From NCBI GenBank assembly GCA_051859245.1, contig JBHYGA010000005.1:384001-448000 (forward strand): DNA of 64,000 bases, read 5' to 3'. Below, piece after piece: positions 1 to 10,620 of this stretch (the first letter of the stretch is position 1; every line of letters starts with the position of its first letter). A model generated the notes under the pieces. That model saw nothing but the letters and a program-made list of their open reading frames with translations, ran no database searches and had not been told where the DNA came from. A program made the position numbers and the translations under genes. Origin of the DNA: Gemmatimonadaceae bacterium. GTDB lineage: Bacteria; Gemmatimonadota; Gemmatimonadetes; Gemmatimonadales; Gemmatimonadaceae.

Positions 1-40
1 TTCGTCCGGCGCACTGCCGCGACGACCAGCGAATGACTGC

Positions 41-1735
41 ATGCAAGTAGCGCAACCTCGCACGACATACGATGTCGCCATTGTTGGTTCCGGTGCCGGC
101 GGCGCGACCGCGGCGTACATGCTGACCAAAGCCGGCGCGAACGTGATCGTGCTCGAAGCAGGACCGTGGTGGGACAACACCAAGGATTCTGCGATGCTCA
201 AAATGCCGTACGATTCGCCGCGTCGCGGACGCGCCACCACGGAGCGGCCGTTCGGCGAATGGGACGCGTGTCTCGGCGGCTGGGAAGTGGATGGTGAACC
301 GTACACTGTGGCGCAGGGATCGCAGTTCCGCTGGTGGCGCGCGCGCATGCTTGGAGGCCGCACGAATCACTGGGGACGCATTTCGCTGCGATTTGGTCCG
401 GATGACTTCAAGCGCAAATCGATTGACGGGCTCGGCGACGACTGGCCCATCAGCTACAACGATCTGGCGCCGTGGTACGACGAAGTCGACAAGTTGATTG
501 GCATCTTCGGGAGTCGTGAAGGATTGCCCAATCATCCGGATGGAATTTTTCACGACGCACCCGCACCGCGGTGTTACGAGCGTAAGGTGATGGAGGCGTC
601 GAAGAAACAGGGTGTCACCTGCATTCCGGCGCGTCTGTCGATCATTACCAAGCCGCTCAATGATCGCGCGCCGTGCCACTACTGCGGTCAGTGTAATCGT
701 GGCTGCATGACGAACTCCAATTTCTCGGCGCCAAACGTGTTGCTCTTTCCGGCGCAGAAAACCGGCCGGCTTGACATCATTACCAACGCGATGGCGCGCG
801 CGGTCAGTGTTGGTGACGATGGACTCGCGAATGGCGTGAGCTACATCAACAAGGCTACCGGCCTCGATGAGCATGTGAGCGCAAAGATCGTGGTGCTCGC
901 CGCATCAAGCTGCGAGAGCTCGCGCATTTTGCTGAACTCAAAGTCATCGCATCATCCGCAGGGCATCGCCAACCAGAGTGGTGTGGTGGGCAAGTATCTG
1001 ACCGATACCACGGGCACCGATGTGGCGGGTTTTGTGCCGTCCATGGCAAATGCGCCGTCGCACAACTGCGATGGTGTTGGTGGTGGACACATCTACATGC
1101 CGTGGTGGCTCGACAACAAGAAGCTGGACTTCCCACGCGGATATCACATTGAAGTGTGGGGCGGGCGGGGCACGCCAAGCTACGGATTCATGGGTGGCAT
1201 TCAATCGTATCCCGACGGTGGTGGCTATGGTGCGGCGCTCAAGGACAGCTACCGCAAGTACTGGGGCACCACGATTGGTTTCTCGGGACGTGGCGAGATG
1301 GTGCCCAACGCCGATTCGTACTGCGAGCTTGATCCGACCGTCACGGACCAGTACGGAATTCCCGTGTTGCGTTTCAACTTCAAGTGGACGGACTACGAGT
1401 ACAATCAGGTCAAGCACATGCAGGAAACGTTCCGGTCGTTGATTGCCGAAATGGGTGGTGAAGTGTTTTCTCGAATGCCCACGCGTGAACAGGGATACGG
1501 CATTGCGACCGGTGGCGCGATCATTCACGAACTCGGCACCGTGCGCATGGGGTCAAGCGCGAGCAACTCTGCACTCAACTCGCAGTGTCAGGCGTGGGAT
1601 TGCAAAAACGTGTTTGTGGCGGACGGCGGCCCGTTTGTGAGTCAGGCCGACAAGAATCCCACGTGGACGATCATGGCGCTCGCCATGCGAACCAGTCAGT
1701 ACATCATGGATCAACGCAAAGCGGGGGCGCTCTGA
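41..1735 (+). CDS. GMC-family FAD oxidoreductase (glycoside 3-/gluconate 2-dehydrogenase large subunit-like)
   Basis: GSGAGG FAD motif, RMLGGRTNHWG, CxxCxxC cluster motif, C-terminal HELG...NPTWT. Confidence 0.9.
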   Translation: MQVAQPRTTYDVAIVGSGAGGATAAYMLTKAGANVIVLEAGPWWDNTKDSAMLKMPYDSPRRGRATTERPFGEWDACLGGWEVDGEPYTVAQGSQFRWWRARMLGGRTNHWGRISLRFGPDDFKRKSIDGLGDDWPISYNDLAPWYDEVDKLIGIFGSREGLPNHPDGIFHDAPAPRCYERKVMEASKKQGVTCIPARLSIITKPLNDRAPCHYCGQCNRGCMTNSNFSAPNVLLFPAQKTGRLDIITNAMARAVSVGDDGLANGVSYINKATGLDEHVSAKIVVLAASSCESSRILLNSKSSHHPQGIANQSGVVGKYLTDTTGTDVAGFVPSMANAPSHNCDGVGGGHIYMPWWLDNKKLDFPRGYHIEVWGGRGTPSYGFMGGIQSYPDGGGYGAALKDSYRKYWGTTIGFSGRGEMVPNADSYCELDPTVTDQYGIPVLRFNFKWTDYEYNQVKHMQETFRSLIAEMGGEVFSRMPTREQGYGIATGGAIIHELGTVRMGSSASNSALNSQCQAWDCKNVFVADGGPFVSQADKNPTWTIMALAMRTSQYIMDQRKAGAL

Positions 1736-2322
1736 TGGAACGGCGCGATATGCTCAAGCTGATGGCCACGTTACCACTGAGTACGTGGTCACTCGCATCC
1801 GATGATGTCAGCGCGGCTGCTGATCGAACGGCCGAGATTTTTCTGGCGGATCAACCGGAACCGTTCAAGCCCGCGTTCTTTAACGCGCTTGAGTGGCGCA
1901 CCGTGCGAACGCTCGTGGACATTGTGATTCCACGCGATGATCGATCGGGCAGTGCAACCGACGCCGGCGTACCGGAGTTCATGGATTTCATCATGGTGGA
2001 GTACACCGGCAATCGCGCGCGCATGCGCAGCGGACTGGGCTGGTTGAACGCCGAATCCCGCGCGCGCCACGGCAAGCCGTTTCCTGACATCACAACGGCA
2101 GAACAAACGGCCATTGTTGAAGACATTGCGTGGCCACGTCGTGCAAAGCCGGAACACGCCGCGGGTGTGCAGTTCTTTAACGCATTCCGCGATCTCACCG
2201 CCACGGGATTCTTCACGAGCCTTGTTGGTATTCGCGATCTTGGATATCAGGGCAACATGCCGCTCGGCGCGTGGACGGGCTGCCCACCGGAAGTGCTGGC
2301 CCACATTGGAGTGAACCCATGA
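1735..2322 (+). CDS. Gluconate 2-dehydrogenase subunit 3 family protein (Tat-like leader)
   Basis: ATG overlaps upstream TGA; MERRDMLK leader; IIP...SATDAGVPEFMD and FF..FRDLT..GFFTS..G..DLGY motifs. Confidence 0.85.
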   Translation: MERRDMLKLMATLPLSTWSLASDDVSAAADRTAEIFLADQPEPFKPAFFNALEWRTVRTLVDIVIPRDDRSGSATDAGVPEFMDFIMVEYTGNRARMRSGLGWLNAESRARHGKPFPDITTAEQTAIVEDIAWPRRAKPEHAAGVQFFNAFRDLTATGFFTSLVGIRDLGYQGNMPLGAWTGCPPEVLAHIGVNP

Positions 2323-3551
2323 GTGATCGGCTCGGCATTGGCTTTATCGGATCGGGATTCAACACGCGATTCCACATGCAGGCATTCCGCGGCGTGCGCG
2401 ATGCCGATGTGTTGGGTGTCTGGAGTCCGAACCCAAAGAACGCTGCGTCAGCTGCGAAGTTTGCCCGCGAGCTGGATGTTGGCGAGTGCCGCGCGTACAA
2501 GAGTATCACGGCGATGGTGGCCGATCCCGCGATTGACGCCATCTGGCTGAACGGCCCGAACCACGCGCGTATCGAGAACGTCGCCGAAATCGTGGAGGCA
2601 GTGCGCAGCGGGAAGGGCACGCTTCGCGGGATCGCGTGTGAAAAGCCACTCGGTCGTACCGTGGCCGAAGCCAAACAGTTGCTCAAGATGGTGGAGTCGG
2701 TTGGCATCAAACATGGTTATCTCGAGAATCAACTGTTTGCGCCGCAGGTGGTTCGTGGACATGAACTGCTGTGGAAGCGGGGGGCCGCCACCACGGGCCG
2801 TCCGTATCTTGCGCGCGCGGCCGAAGAACACAGCGGTCCGCACATGCCGTGGTTCTGGAACGGAGCGATGCAGGGCGGCGGCGTACTGAATGACATGATG
2901 TGTCACTCGGTGTTGGTGGTGCGTCATCTGCTCACGGCGCCGGGTGAGCCGTTGGCCACGCTCGTACCGCGTCGCATTACCGGGCACATTGCGTCGCTCA
3001 AGTGGACGCGGCCGGCGTACGCGAAAGAGCTCAAGAAAACGATGGGCGTGGATTACACCAAAACGCCGTCGGAAGACTTCGCGAGTGTCATGATTGAGTT
3101 TGAAGGACCGGATGGTCGCACCGTGATTGGTGAAGCGACCACGAGCTGGAGTTTTGTTGGACCAGGTTTGCGTCTGTCAGCTGAGCTGCTTGGACCCGAG
3201 TACTCCATGCGTTGGAACTCACTGGAGTCGGGGCTCGATCTGTTTTTCTCTCGCGCGGTGTCAGGCAAGGCCGGCGAAGATCTGGTCGAAAAGCAGAACG
3301 CAGAAGTCGGGCAGATGCCCGTCGTGGCGGACGAAGCGGTGGCCTACGGTTACGAGGCCGAAGACCGACACTTCGTGCGCGCGTTCCTTGGCAAGGAAGC
3401 GCCCAAGCTCACGTGGCACGACGGCCTTGAAGTGGTGCGACTGCTGATGGTCGCGTACCAAAGCGCCGAACAGGGAAAGACACTCACGTTCCCTTCGCGC
3501 GGGCTCGACAGTTTCGTGCCGGCCGTCGCGCGAGGGACGTGGAAGCCGTAG
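2319..3551 (+). CDS. Gfo/Idh/MocA family oxidoreductase
   Basis: GFIGSG Rossmann motif, CEKP, GGGVLNDMMCH; start overlaps the upstream stop. Confidence 0.9.
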   Translation: MSDRLGIGFIGSGFNTRFHMQAFRGVRDADVLGVWSPNPKNAASAAKFARELDVGECRAYKSITAMVADPAIDAIWLNGPNHARIENVAEIVEAVRSGKGTLRGIACEKPLGRTVAEAKQLLKMVESVGIKHGYLENQLFAPQVVRGHELLWKRGAATTGRPYLARAAEEHSGPHMPWFWNGAMQGGGVLNDMMCHSVLVVRHLLTAPGEPLATLVPRRITGHIASLKWTRPAYAKELKKTMGVDYTKTPSEDFASVMIEFEGPDGRTVIGEATTSWSFVGPGLRLSAELLGPEYSMRWNSLESGLDLFFSRAVSGKAGEDLVEKQNAEVGQMPVVADEAVAYGYEAEDRHFVRAFLGKEAPKLTWHDGLEVVRLLMVAYQSAEQGKTLTFPSRGLDSFVPAVARGTWKP

Positions 3552-3560
3552 CGGCGAGCG

Positions 3561-3767
3561 TTAGCGTTTGGGCACCGGGCACGTGTTGATACCAAGCAAC
3601 GAATACAGCGGACACGTGCCCGCAAGTCCCGTGAGCAGCGGCACTATGCCGAGCAGCCCCCACATGGTTTTCGGTCCTGTGAAGTAGAGCGAAAGAAGAC
3701 CGATACCCAGCGCAACACGCACCACGCGCTCAATGGGGTGCTCGTTCATGCCGAAAAAGTTTGCCAT
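3561..3767 (-). CDS. DUF2892 / YgaP-like small membrane protein
   Basis: ERVVRVALG...GLAGTCPLYSLLGINTC signature; start at MANFFG. Confidence 0.85.
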   Translation of the reverse strand: MANFFGMNEHPIERVVRVALGIGLLSLYFTGPKTMWGLLGIVPLLTGLAGTCPLYSLLGINTCPVPKR

Positions 3768-3838
3768 GGTCGGGTCCCTTGGAGGAGTGAGTCTGTTTCG
3801 CCTGCTGCCCAACGGATGCACGGAGCAGGCGAAAGGAT

Positions 3839-4123
3839 TCACCCGTGTTTGGGATCGGTGGCAATCGCGCCGGCCACGCGCGCACGAAGTTGCGCTAGGG
3901 CGTCGTCTCCCAGCGGTGGAGTGGTTGCGGCGTGACCCTCGCGCAGCGCCGTCAGCACGGTCGCCACGTCTGCACCAAAGCGGGCGCACGTTTCACATTC
4001 GGCCAGATGCGCTTTCACCGCGTTCACACGCGCGTCGGACAGCAGACCGTCGAGAAAATCAGAAAGGTCCGCGAGCACATCTCGGCAACGTAGCCCGGCG
4101 ATCACACGATCCAGATCAGGCAT
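3839..4123 (-). CDS. Anti-sigma factor with zf-HC2 domain
   Basis: LSDFLDG...HLAECETC (HxxxCxxC); overlaps the ECF sigma stop. Confidence 0.8.
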   Translation of the reverse strand: MPDLDRVIAGLRCRDVLADLSDFLDGLLSDARVNAVKAHLAECETCARFGADVATVLTALREGHAATTPPLGDDALAQLRARVAGAIATDPKHG

Positions 4124-4724
4124 ACAGGCGCTCCTTTGCCGACGGCGGCGGTGTATCCCGTTCCAGTTCACGTACTGCCGCGGCAAGGCGAAGTCGTGCG
4201 CGATGCAGTCTGCTTTTCATGGCGGGCAGTGTCAGATTGAGTGCCAGCGCGGTTTGTTCGCCGGAGAGCTCTTCGATTTCACGCAGCAACAGGATTTCGC
4301 GATCTTCCGAAGTGAGCATCGCCAGCGCCCGCGTGACCAATTCGTGCGCGTCCGCAGCGGCTCCTCCATCCGTTCGTCCCCATCCGGCACGGTCGGCAAT
4401 GCTTTCCATCGACTCTGCAGATTCGAGCGGTGCCCAATGCGATTGTTCACCCACAGCGCGTCGTTGTGATTGACGCACCGCGTTGCGCACAATGGTGAGC
4501 AACCACGACCTCACGCTGCCATCGCCGCGATAGTTCGCTGCCGCCCGCCACGCCGACACAAACGACTCTTGCAACACATCATCGAGTTCCGCACCGCGCA
4601 TTCCCAGCGACAGCGCAAAGCGGTGCAGGGCCTCGGCGTGCGCGGTTACGAGGCGGTCGAACGCGGTGGTGTCGCCCGCAGCTGCGGCAGCAAGTAGTTG
4701 CTGATCAGCGTCCTGGGACGTCAT
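4116..4724 (-). CDS. ECF-family RNA polymerase sigma factor
   Basis: DDVLQESF, SWLLTIVRN region 2; REILLLREIEELS...KSRLHRAR region 4. Confidence 0.9.
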   Translation of the reverse strand: MTSQDADQQLLAAAAAGDTTAFDRLVTAHAEALHRFALSLGMRGAELDDVLQESFVSAWRAAANYRGDGSVRSWLLTIVRNAVRQSQRRAVGEQSHWAPLESAESMESIADRAGWGRTDGGAAADAHELVTRALAMLTSEDREILLLREIEELSGEQTALALNLTLPAMKSRLHRARLRLAAAVRELERDTPPPSAKERLYA

Positions 4725-6408
4725 CAAGCGGCCTTGCATTGACACCCAACGCGGCCAGCCGCCGCATATGCACTACGAGTCGCGAGCGAAAGTCTGTGAA
4801 GTTCTTGAGCGACGCTGGTGTCCACACCACTTCAGCAAGTGCGGAGAGTCGCGGGAACGCCATGTATTCCACGTGACGCGGCGTCTTCATGTATTCTGTC
4901 CACAGTTGCCCCTGCGCGCCAAGAATATGTTTGGCTTCGGCTGCATTCAGCGACGCCGGAACGGGCTCGTACGCGTACACCGTATCGAGCGGAAGAAAGC
5001 CACCAAATGCGCGCGGCTCTTTTTTCAGATCGCGCGACTGGTAGTAGTCGAGATACGTGTGCGAGGTTGGTGCCATGACCACATCGTGCCCTTCGCGCGC
5101 CGCAGCAATGCCACCCGCGGTGCCACGCCATGACATGACGGTGGCATTCGGTGCGAGTCCGCCCTCGAGAATTTCATCCCATCCGATAAGGCGGCGGCCT
5201 TTTGACGTGAGGAACGTATCCATGCGCCGAATGAACCAGCTCTGCAACTCGTGTTCGTTCGCTACGCCAAGTTCGCGCATGCGCGCCTGAACGCGCGCGC
5301 TGGCCTTCCACTGCGTTTTGGACGCTTCATCGCCGCCCACGTGAATGAACGGTCCGGGAAAGAGGCCCATGACCTCGGTTAGCACATCCTGCATGAAGAG
5401 AATGGTGCTCTCTTCCACGTTCAGAATGACATCGCTCACGCCCCATACCTGATGCGGTGCAAACGTGCTGTCGGGGTACACGCCAAGTTCCGGATACGCC
5501 GCGATGGCGGCTTGCGCGTGCCCGGGCATCTCGATTTCCGGAACGATCGTGATGTGCCGCTCCGCAGCGTACGCCACCACTTCACGAATATCCTGCTGTG
5601 TGTAGTGACCGCAGTGACGGATGCCGTCAAACACCTGTTTTTCGGGATCGGTGTAGTACGCGCCGTGCATCGTTTGCTCGCGGCATCCGCCCACCTGCGT
5701 CAGCTTCGGATACTTGAGAATCTCAATGCGCCAGCCCTGATCTTCCGTGAGGTGCCAGTGAAAGGTGTTGAGCTTGTGCAGCGCCATCAGATCAAGGTGA
5801 CGCTTCACATAGTCGACCGGCATGAAGTGTCGCCCAACATCAAGATGCGAACCGCGCCACACAAAGCGCGGCCGATCAACAATGCGCACCGCCGGAGCCG
5901 TCCATGCAACACCCGCCACCTTGGCCGATCGCAAGATTTCCGGCGGCAACAACTGCTTGAGCGTTTGCGTGCCGTAGAACAGTCCTGTACCGGTTGACGC
6001 GCGAACCATCACGCGCTCGCGCGACGCCTCAAGCGTGTAGCCTTCGCGGCCAAGTGAATCGAGTGAGGCGTCACGAATGAGCGCGATCACGGAGCGTGCA
6101 CCGGTGCGCGGCGCGCCAACGCGCACCGTCAGCGCGTAGCCGGTGGCCGGTGTCAGCGATCGCGCAAACGCGTGCGCGATCATGGAGTCGTTCGCGCTGA
6201 CCGCGATCTCCGTGGCCGGGCTGAGTGTGAACTCGCCCGTTCGTGGCTCCAACAGCACAGGACGCGGAATGATTGTGTACCGCGCGCTCGTGTCCTGCGC
6301 CGCGAGCGGCATCGACACCAGTCCGAACACGGTGCACAGCAGGCGAATAATTGGCAGTGCGCGGCGGTCAGTCACAGCGAGTCGATCCAGCCTTGGTAAG
6401 CGAATCAT
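4705..6408 (-). CDS. Beta-N-acetylhexosaminidase (GH20)
   Basis: LDVGRHF, HWHLTEDQGWR, PEIEMPGH, catalytic HVGGDE; signal peptide. Confidence 0.95.
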   Translation of the reverse strand: MIRLPRLDRLAVTDRRALPIIRLLCTVFGLVSMPLAAQDTSARYTIIPRPVLLEPRTGEFTLSPATEIAVSANDSMIAHAFARSLTPATGYALTVRVGAPRTGARSVIALIRDASLDSLGREGYTLEASRERVMVRASTGTGLFYGTQTLKQLLPPEILRSAKVAGVAWTAPAVRIVDRPRFVWRGSHLDVGRHFMPVDYVKRHLDLMALHKLNTFHWHLTEDQGWRIEILKYPKLTQVGGCREQTMHGAYYTDPEKQVFDGIRHCGHYTQQDIREVVAYAAERHITIVPEIEMPGHAQAAIAAYPELGVYPDSTFAPHQVWGVSDVILNVEESTILFMQDVLTEVMGLFPGPFIHVGGDEASKTQWKASARVQARMRELGVANEHELQSWFIRRMDTFLTSKGRRLIGWDEILEGGLAPNATVMSWRGTAGGIAAAREGHDVVMAPTSHTYLDYYQSRDLKKEPRAFGGFLPLDTVYAYEPVPASLNAAEAKHILGAQGQLWTEYMKTPRHVEYMAFPRLSALAEVVWTPASLKNFTDFRSRLVVHMRRLAALGVNARPLDDVPGR

Positions 6409-7094
6409 TGATGCACCGGTGATGTTGAGATGCGCGCATCGGCCCAGCCTTGGAGCGCCGCGGCAGTTCGCGCAAAATCTTCCGGATCGGTGGCGCGCGC
6501 ATGCACTGCACGAAGCGGCGCGGCATCGAGCAACGCTCCCACGTTGTGCGAGCGAATGCCGCCACCCGCCATGATGGTTAACTGCGATCCGGCACGTTCT
6601 TGCAAGCGTGATAGCATGCCTGCGCCCTCAAGCGCAGACTTTTGGCCGCCCGACGTGAGCACGACCTGTACACCGAGTGACATGAGGGCGTCTATCGCGC
6701 GCAGTTGATCACGCACCTGGTCGAACGCCCGATGAAACACCACCGGAGTGCTGCCTGCCACCTCGATGAACGCGCGTGTGGTTTGGATGTCAATGTCACC
6801 CGCGTCCGTGAGCGGTCCGATCACAATCGCGTCCGCTCCTGCGCCAACTGCAAGCTGAATATCACGCCGCATGATGGCACGCCATGCGTGGTCGACTACA
6901 AAATGCTCGGTCTGCGCACGAATCATCACGTGTACCGGTACGTGCACTGCGGCCTTGCACGCCTCAAGTAGTCCGAGGCTTGGTGTAGTGCCTCCGTCGC
7001 CGGGACCGCAAAGCTCCACGCGATCCGCGCCCGCCGCGACGGCCGCGCACGCTTGCGCAACCGTCGCAACACACGCTTCAAGCTGTGGTCGCAC
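6405..7094 (-). CDS. cutC: CutC family protein
   Basis: LEACV...GADRVELC...GGTTPS, HVMIR, FHRAFD, LTSGG, MAGGG; start inferred at GTG 7094. Confidence 0.9.
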   Translation of the reverse strand: MRPQLEACVATVAQACAAVAAGADRVELCGPGDGGTTPSLGLLEACKAAVHVPVHVMIRAQTEHFVVDHAWRAIMRRDIQLAVGAGADAIVIGPLTDAGDIDIQTTRAFIEVAGSTPVVFHRAFDQVRDQLRAIDALMSLGVQVVLTSGGQKSALEGAGMLSRLQERAGSQLTIMAGGGIRSHNVGALLDAAPLRAVHARATDPEDFARTAAALQGWADARISTSPVHQ

Positions 7095-8301
7095 TGGCCG
7101 CACGCGGTCTGAACAACAACAGGAAGAGCACCAGCACAACCGCTGCCATGGCTGCCGGTACCTGCCAGATCGCCGTCCAGTCGTGACCCTCACCAACCCG
7201 ATTCGCCTCCACAATCTGGCCGGCGCTGAACGAGCCAATGAAGTTACCCAGACCAAACGTGACAAACGCGAGAAAGCCCTGCGCCGACGCACGGATCGCC
7301 AGCGGCGCTTGCTGATCCACGTAAATCTGTCCCGTCACGAAGAAGAAGTCGTAGCACACGCCGTGCAGGAGAATGCCAATGTACAGCAGCGCCATGCCCG
7401 ATCCCGCATCGCCGTACGCAAAGGCGAGATATCGAAGCGCCCACGCGGCCATACCGATCAGCAGAATCTTCTTCACACCAAAACGCGAGAGGAAAAACGG
7501 CAGGGCGAGCAGGAACGCCATTTCCGACATTTGCCCCAGCGTTTGCATGGCCGCCGGCTTCGCCACGCCCAATTCGTTCAGGAACGGATTGGTAAACGCA
7601 TAATAGAACTGCAGTGGAATGCAGAGCAGAAATGAGCCCACCACAAACATCAGAAACGATCGGTCGCGCAGCATGGCGAGCGCGTCGAGGCCAAGGACAT
7701 CACGCGCGGTCACTGCCTTGCCAACCGAATGTGGTGGTGTGTGCGGCAGCATGAAACAGAACAGCCCCAGCACGAGTGACGCCGCCGCCGCAATCTGCAT
7801 GGGCTGCGCGGTGCTCTCCACGCCGAGCCATCCAACGAGCAGTCCGGCCACAATCCAGCCCACGGTGCCGAGTACACGTACGCGCGGAAAGTCTCGCGCG
7901 GCGTCGGGCAAATGGTCAAAGCTGATCGAGTTGCTCAGCGCCAGCGTGGGCATGAAACACAACGCATACGCGAGTAGCAGCGCGTAGAACGAACCAAACG
8001 TGGTTTGTGTGGACGCGAACCAGAGCAGGGTGCCGCCGAGTAAATGCAACACCGCCAACACACGCTGCGTGGGGAAAAACCGGTCGGCCACCATACCCAC
8101 AAAAAATGGTGAGACAATAGCCGCCACCGCGTTGGCGCCGTACGCGAGTCCGATCTGACCGCCGTCAAACTTGAGCTCGGTGCCGAGCCATGTGCCCATC
8201 GTGACCGCCCATGCGCCCCACACGAAGTACTGCAGGAACATGAGCACCGACAATTTCACTCGGGTTCCGGAATCCGCCGCGCGCGCGACTGCGGCGCTCA
8301 T
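7078..8301 (-). CDS. MFS nucleoside:H+ symporter family permease (NupG/YegT-like)
   Basis: [45 protein letters not shown]. Confidence 0.9.
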   Translation of the reverse strand: MSAAVARAADSGTRVKLSVLMFLQYFVWGAWAVTMGTWLGTELKFDGGQIGLAYGANAVAAIVSPFFVGMVADRFFPTQRVLAVLHLLGGTLLWFASTQTTFGSFYALLLAYALCFMPTLALSNSISFDHLPDAARDFPRVRVLGTVGWIVAGLLVGWLGVESTAQPMQIAAAASLVLGLFCFMLPHTPPHSVGKAVTARDVLGLDALAMLRDRSFLMFVVGSFLLCIPLQFYYAFTNPFLNELGVAKPAAMQTLGQMSEMAFLLALPFFLSRFGVKKILLIGMAAWALRYLAFAYGDAGSGMALLYIGILLHGVCYDFFFVTGQIYVDQQAPLAIRASAQGFLAFVTFGLGNFIGSFSAGQIVEANRVGEGHDWTAIWQVPAAMAAVVLVLFLLLFRPRAASATTA

Positions 8302-8625
8302 GTGAGCACCACCACGCGTGACTGTGTCCACGCACCAAGCAGCTGGTGACGACCGTTGGAGAACGGGTGCCGCGGCAGGCCGCCCGTTCCGCGGGGGGAC
8401 AAGCGCGAACACGGGCGCAACGTGGTGAGAAGGCGCGATTTCATCGAGGAGGGCGCAGGTGGGAGGGAAGGTGCCAGCGCGAACGTACCGCACCGCGCAC
8501 GTTGACTCAAGCGGCGATGCGCGCCAATTCGTCCCGGACGCCCTGCCGCCGCTGCCGACAGGCTAATTTGCTGTGCACAGTGGCACGAAGGTCTCTGCCG
8601 TCCCTCCCTCAAGCGGTGTGAAGCG

Positions 8626-9030
8626 ATGGATCACTCACCAGGTTTTCTTGCGCACGTCGAGTCGCGACGTGATCGCGTGGTTGAACGCACAGTGCCCGAG
8701 GCGCGTGAGCTCATCGCGCACACTCCCGGCGCGCGCTTGATCGATGTGCGCGAAGACAACGAGTGGGCGGCAGGACACGCCGCTGGTGCTGAACACCTCG
8801 CGCGCGGCGTGCTCGAGCGCGATATCGAACGCATGGTGCCCGACCCGGCCACACCGCTGTTTTTGTATTGTGGCGGAGGCTATCGCTCCATTCTTGCGGC
8901 CGCGACGCTTCGCGAAATGGGCTACACCAACGTGACGTCAATCGCGGGCGGATGGCGCGCCTGGGAAGAATCCGGAGCGCCGGTTGATCGCATGGCGGTG
9001 GCGGGCGAGGCGCAAGCGGATGGCCAGTAG
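8626..9030 (+). CDS. Rhodanese-like sulfurtransferase
   Basis: IDVRE..EW..GH, active-site loop YCGGGYRS, GGWRAW. Confidence 0.9.
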   Translation: MDHSPGFLAHVESRRDRVVERTVPEARELIAHTPGARLIDVREDNEWAAGHAAGAEHLARGVLERDIERMVPDPATPLFLYCGGGYRSILAAATLREMGYTNVTSIAGGWRAWEESGAPVDRMAVAGEAQADGQ

Positions 9031-9418
9031 TTCCGCTGGAGACAAGGCCGCACCCGTCACGGCAACGCCCACGACCGCCTCACCGCGCCGACGCGCGTTG
9101 CTCACCACCGGCATGCTCATGCTGCTTGGCGTGATGCCAGGCATGGGAATTTCGGGCGGACTCATGCTCGGTATTGCAGATCGATTTTTCATCGCCTTCA
9201 ATGGCGGCACGGCGCTTCGGGCTATCGGTGAAACGGCGTGGCCGCTCTCGCTCATTGTGACCGTGTTGCTTCCGCTACCGCTGCTGCCGGTCTTGAGCTG
9301 GGTGTCGCGCTGGAAGGCGGGTGGTGTTGGCACTCGACTGTTCGCGGTGCTCGGCGTGTTGTTCCTGTGGGGATTGCTGCTCGCGGTTGTCGGACTGGCA
9401 ATTGCGATTCGTCGCTAA
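9020..9418 (+). CDS. Hypothetical membrane protein
   Basis: Three hydrophobic segments; overlaps the upstream stop, operon-like spacing. Confidence 0.6.
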   Translation: MASSSAGDKAAPVTATPTTASPRRRALLTTGMLMLLGVMPGMGISGGLMLGIADRFFIAFNGGTALRAIGETAWPLSLIVTVLLPLPLLPVLSWVSRWKAGGVGTRLFAVLGVLFLWGLLLAVVGLAIAIRR

Positions 9419-9455
9419 CGCGCGTTCACGCACGATGCTTCTGCGGAGGTTTCGA

Positions 9456-9971
9456 ATGTTGATGCCTGGTTTTGGATGTGTTGTACGACGTGCGCTTGCG
9501 ATCGCGCTACTCGCGCTCGGGAGTGCATTGCCCGCCACCGCACAGGGATTGTTGAACTCAGACGATCCCCGTCACGCCGAAATACTTTCTGTGGTGACAC
9601 GGTTGTTCGACGGCATGCGCATGAGCGATACCGCCATGGCGCGTACGCTGTTTCATCCGGATGCGCAGCTGCTCACCACCACCATGCGTGAAGGACAGCC
9701 GTCAGTCTCCCGCGACTCGGTTGCTGCGTTCCTGCGCAGCATTGGAACGGTGCGTGCAGAAAAGCTCGATGAGCGCATCAAGAATCCACGCGTGTTGCTC
9801 GACGGTACGCTTGCGGTCGTGTGGGTGGACTACGATCTGTTTGTCGGCTCACGATTCATTCATTGTGGCGTGGACGCGTTTCAGATTGCGAAGGTCGGCG
9901 CCCGCTGGCAGATCGTCTCGCTGGCCGACACGCGGCGTCGCGACGGCTGTTCACCACCGCCCGCCAACTGA
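9456..9971 (+). CDS. Secreted NTF2-like / lumazine-binding-2-like protein
   Basis: Signal peptide; LFDGMR...HCGVDAF...WQIVSLADTRR; start approximate. Confidence 0.75.
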   Translation: MLMPGFGCVVRRALAIALLALGSALPATAQGLLNSDDPRHAEILSVVTRLFDGMRMSDTAMARTLFHPDAQLLTTTMREGQPSVSRDSVAAFLRSIGTVRAEKLDERIKNPRVLLDGTLAVVWVDYDLFVGSRFIHCGVDAFQIAKVGARWQIVSLADTRRRDGCSPPPAN

Positions 9972-9982
9972 ACGTGGACGCG

Positions 9983-10600
9983 ATGATCAGTGCGGAATCG
10001 CTGATCGCATTGGCAGTGGGACTCGGTCTCGCGGCGGCCGCGGGAATGCGTGTCTTTCTTCCGCTGTTCGTGCTCGGCGTGTCGGGCGCCACTGGTGTGG
10101 TGCCCTTGGCCGACGGATGGTCGTGGGTGTCGTCGCCCGCAGCGCTGATCGGACTCGGCACGGCGATGGCACTGGAGATCGGAGCGTATTACATCCCGTG
10201 GCTCGACAATGCCCTTGATGTGATCGCGACTCCTGCGGCACTGATCGCCGGCATGATCGCGACCGCGTCTGTGCTGATCGATGTGCCACCCATGCTGAAG
10301 TGGGCGATTGTGATCATCGGCGGTGGTGGCATGGCCGGATTAACACAGGGGGCAAGTGTGCTGGCGCGTGCAAAATCGAGCGCGCTTACCGGTGGGCTCG
10401 CCAATCCAGCGGTGTCGACGGTGGAGTGGATGGGCGCACTCGTCATTGCCTTGCTCGCCGTGCTGGTCCCGATCGTGGCGCTACTCCTGGTCGTTGCGCT
10501 GATCGTGTTTGTTGTTCGACGCACCGGCCGATTGCTCTTTGGCAAACGAGCGCGTCCACGTACGCCGGTCACTGTTTCTTCCGATACATCGTCTCGTTAA
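9983..10600 (+). CDS. DUF4126 family membrane protein
   Basis: GLGLAAAAGMRVFLPL, EIGAYYIPWLDNALD, TGGLANPAVST. Confidence 0.85.
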   Translation: MISAESLIALAVGLGLAAAAGMRVFLPLFVLGVSGATGVVPLADGWSWVSSPAALIGLGTAMALEIGAYYIPWLDNALDVIATPAALIAGMIATASVLIDVPPMLKWAIVIIGGGGMAGLTQGASVLARAKSSALTGGLANPAVSTVEWMGALVIALLAVLVPIVALLLVVALIVFVVRRTGRLLFGKRARPRTPVTVSSDTSSR

Positions 10601-10620
10601 CTCTTGCTTCGTTCATCGCC

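Noticed and set aside
8298..8612. Possible small ORF or riboswitch upstream of the permease
   Set aside because: No recognisable motif or aptamer; most likely a divergent promoter region.
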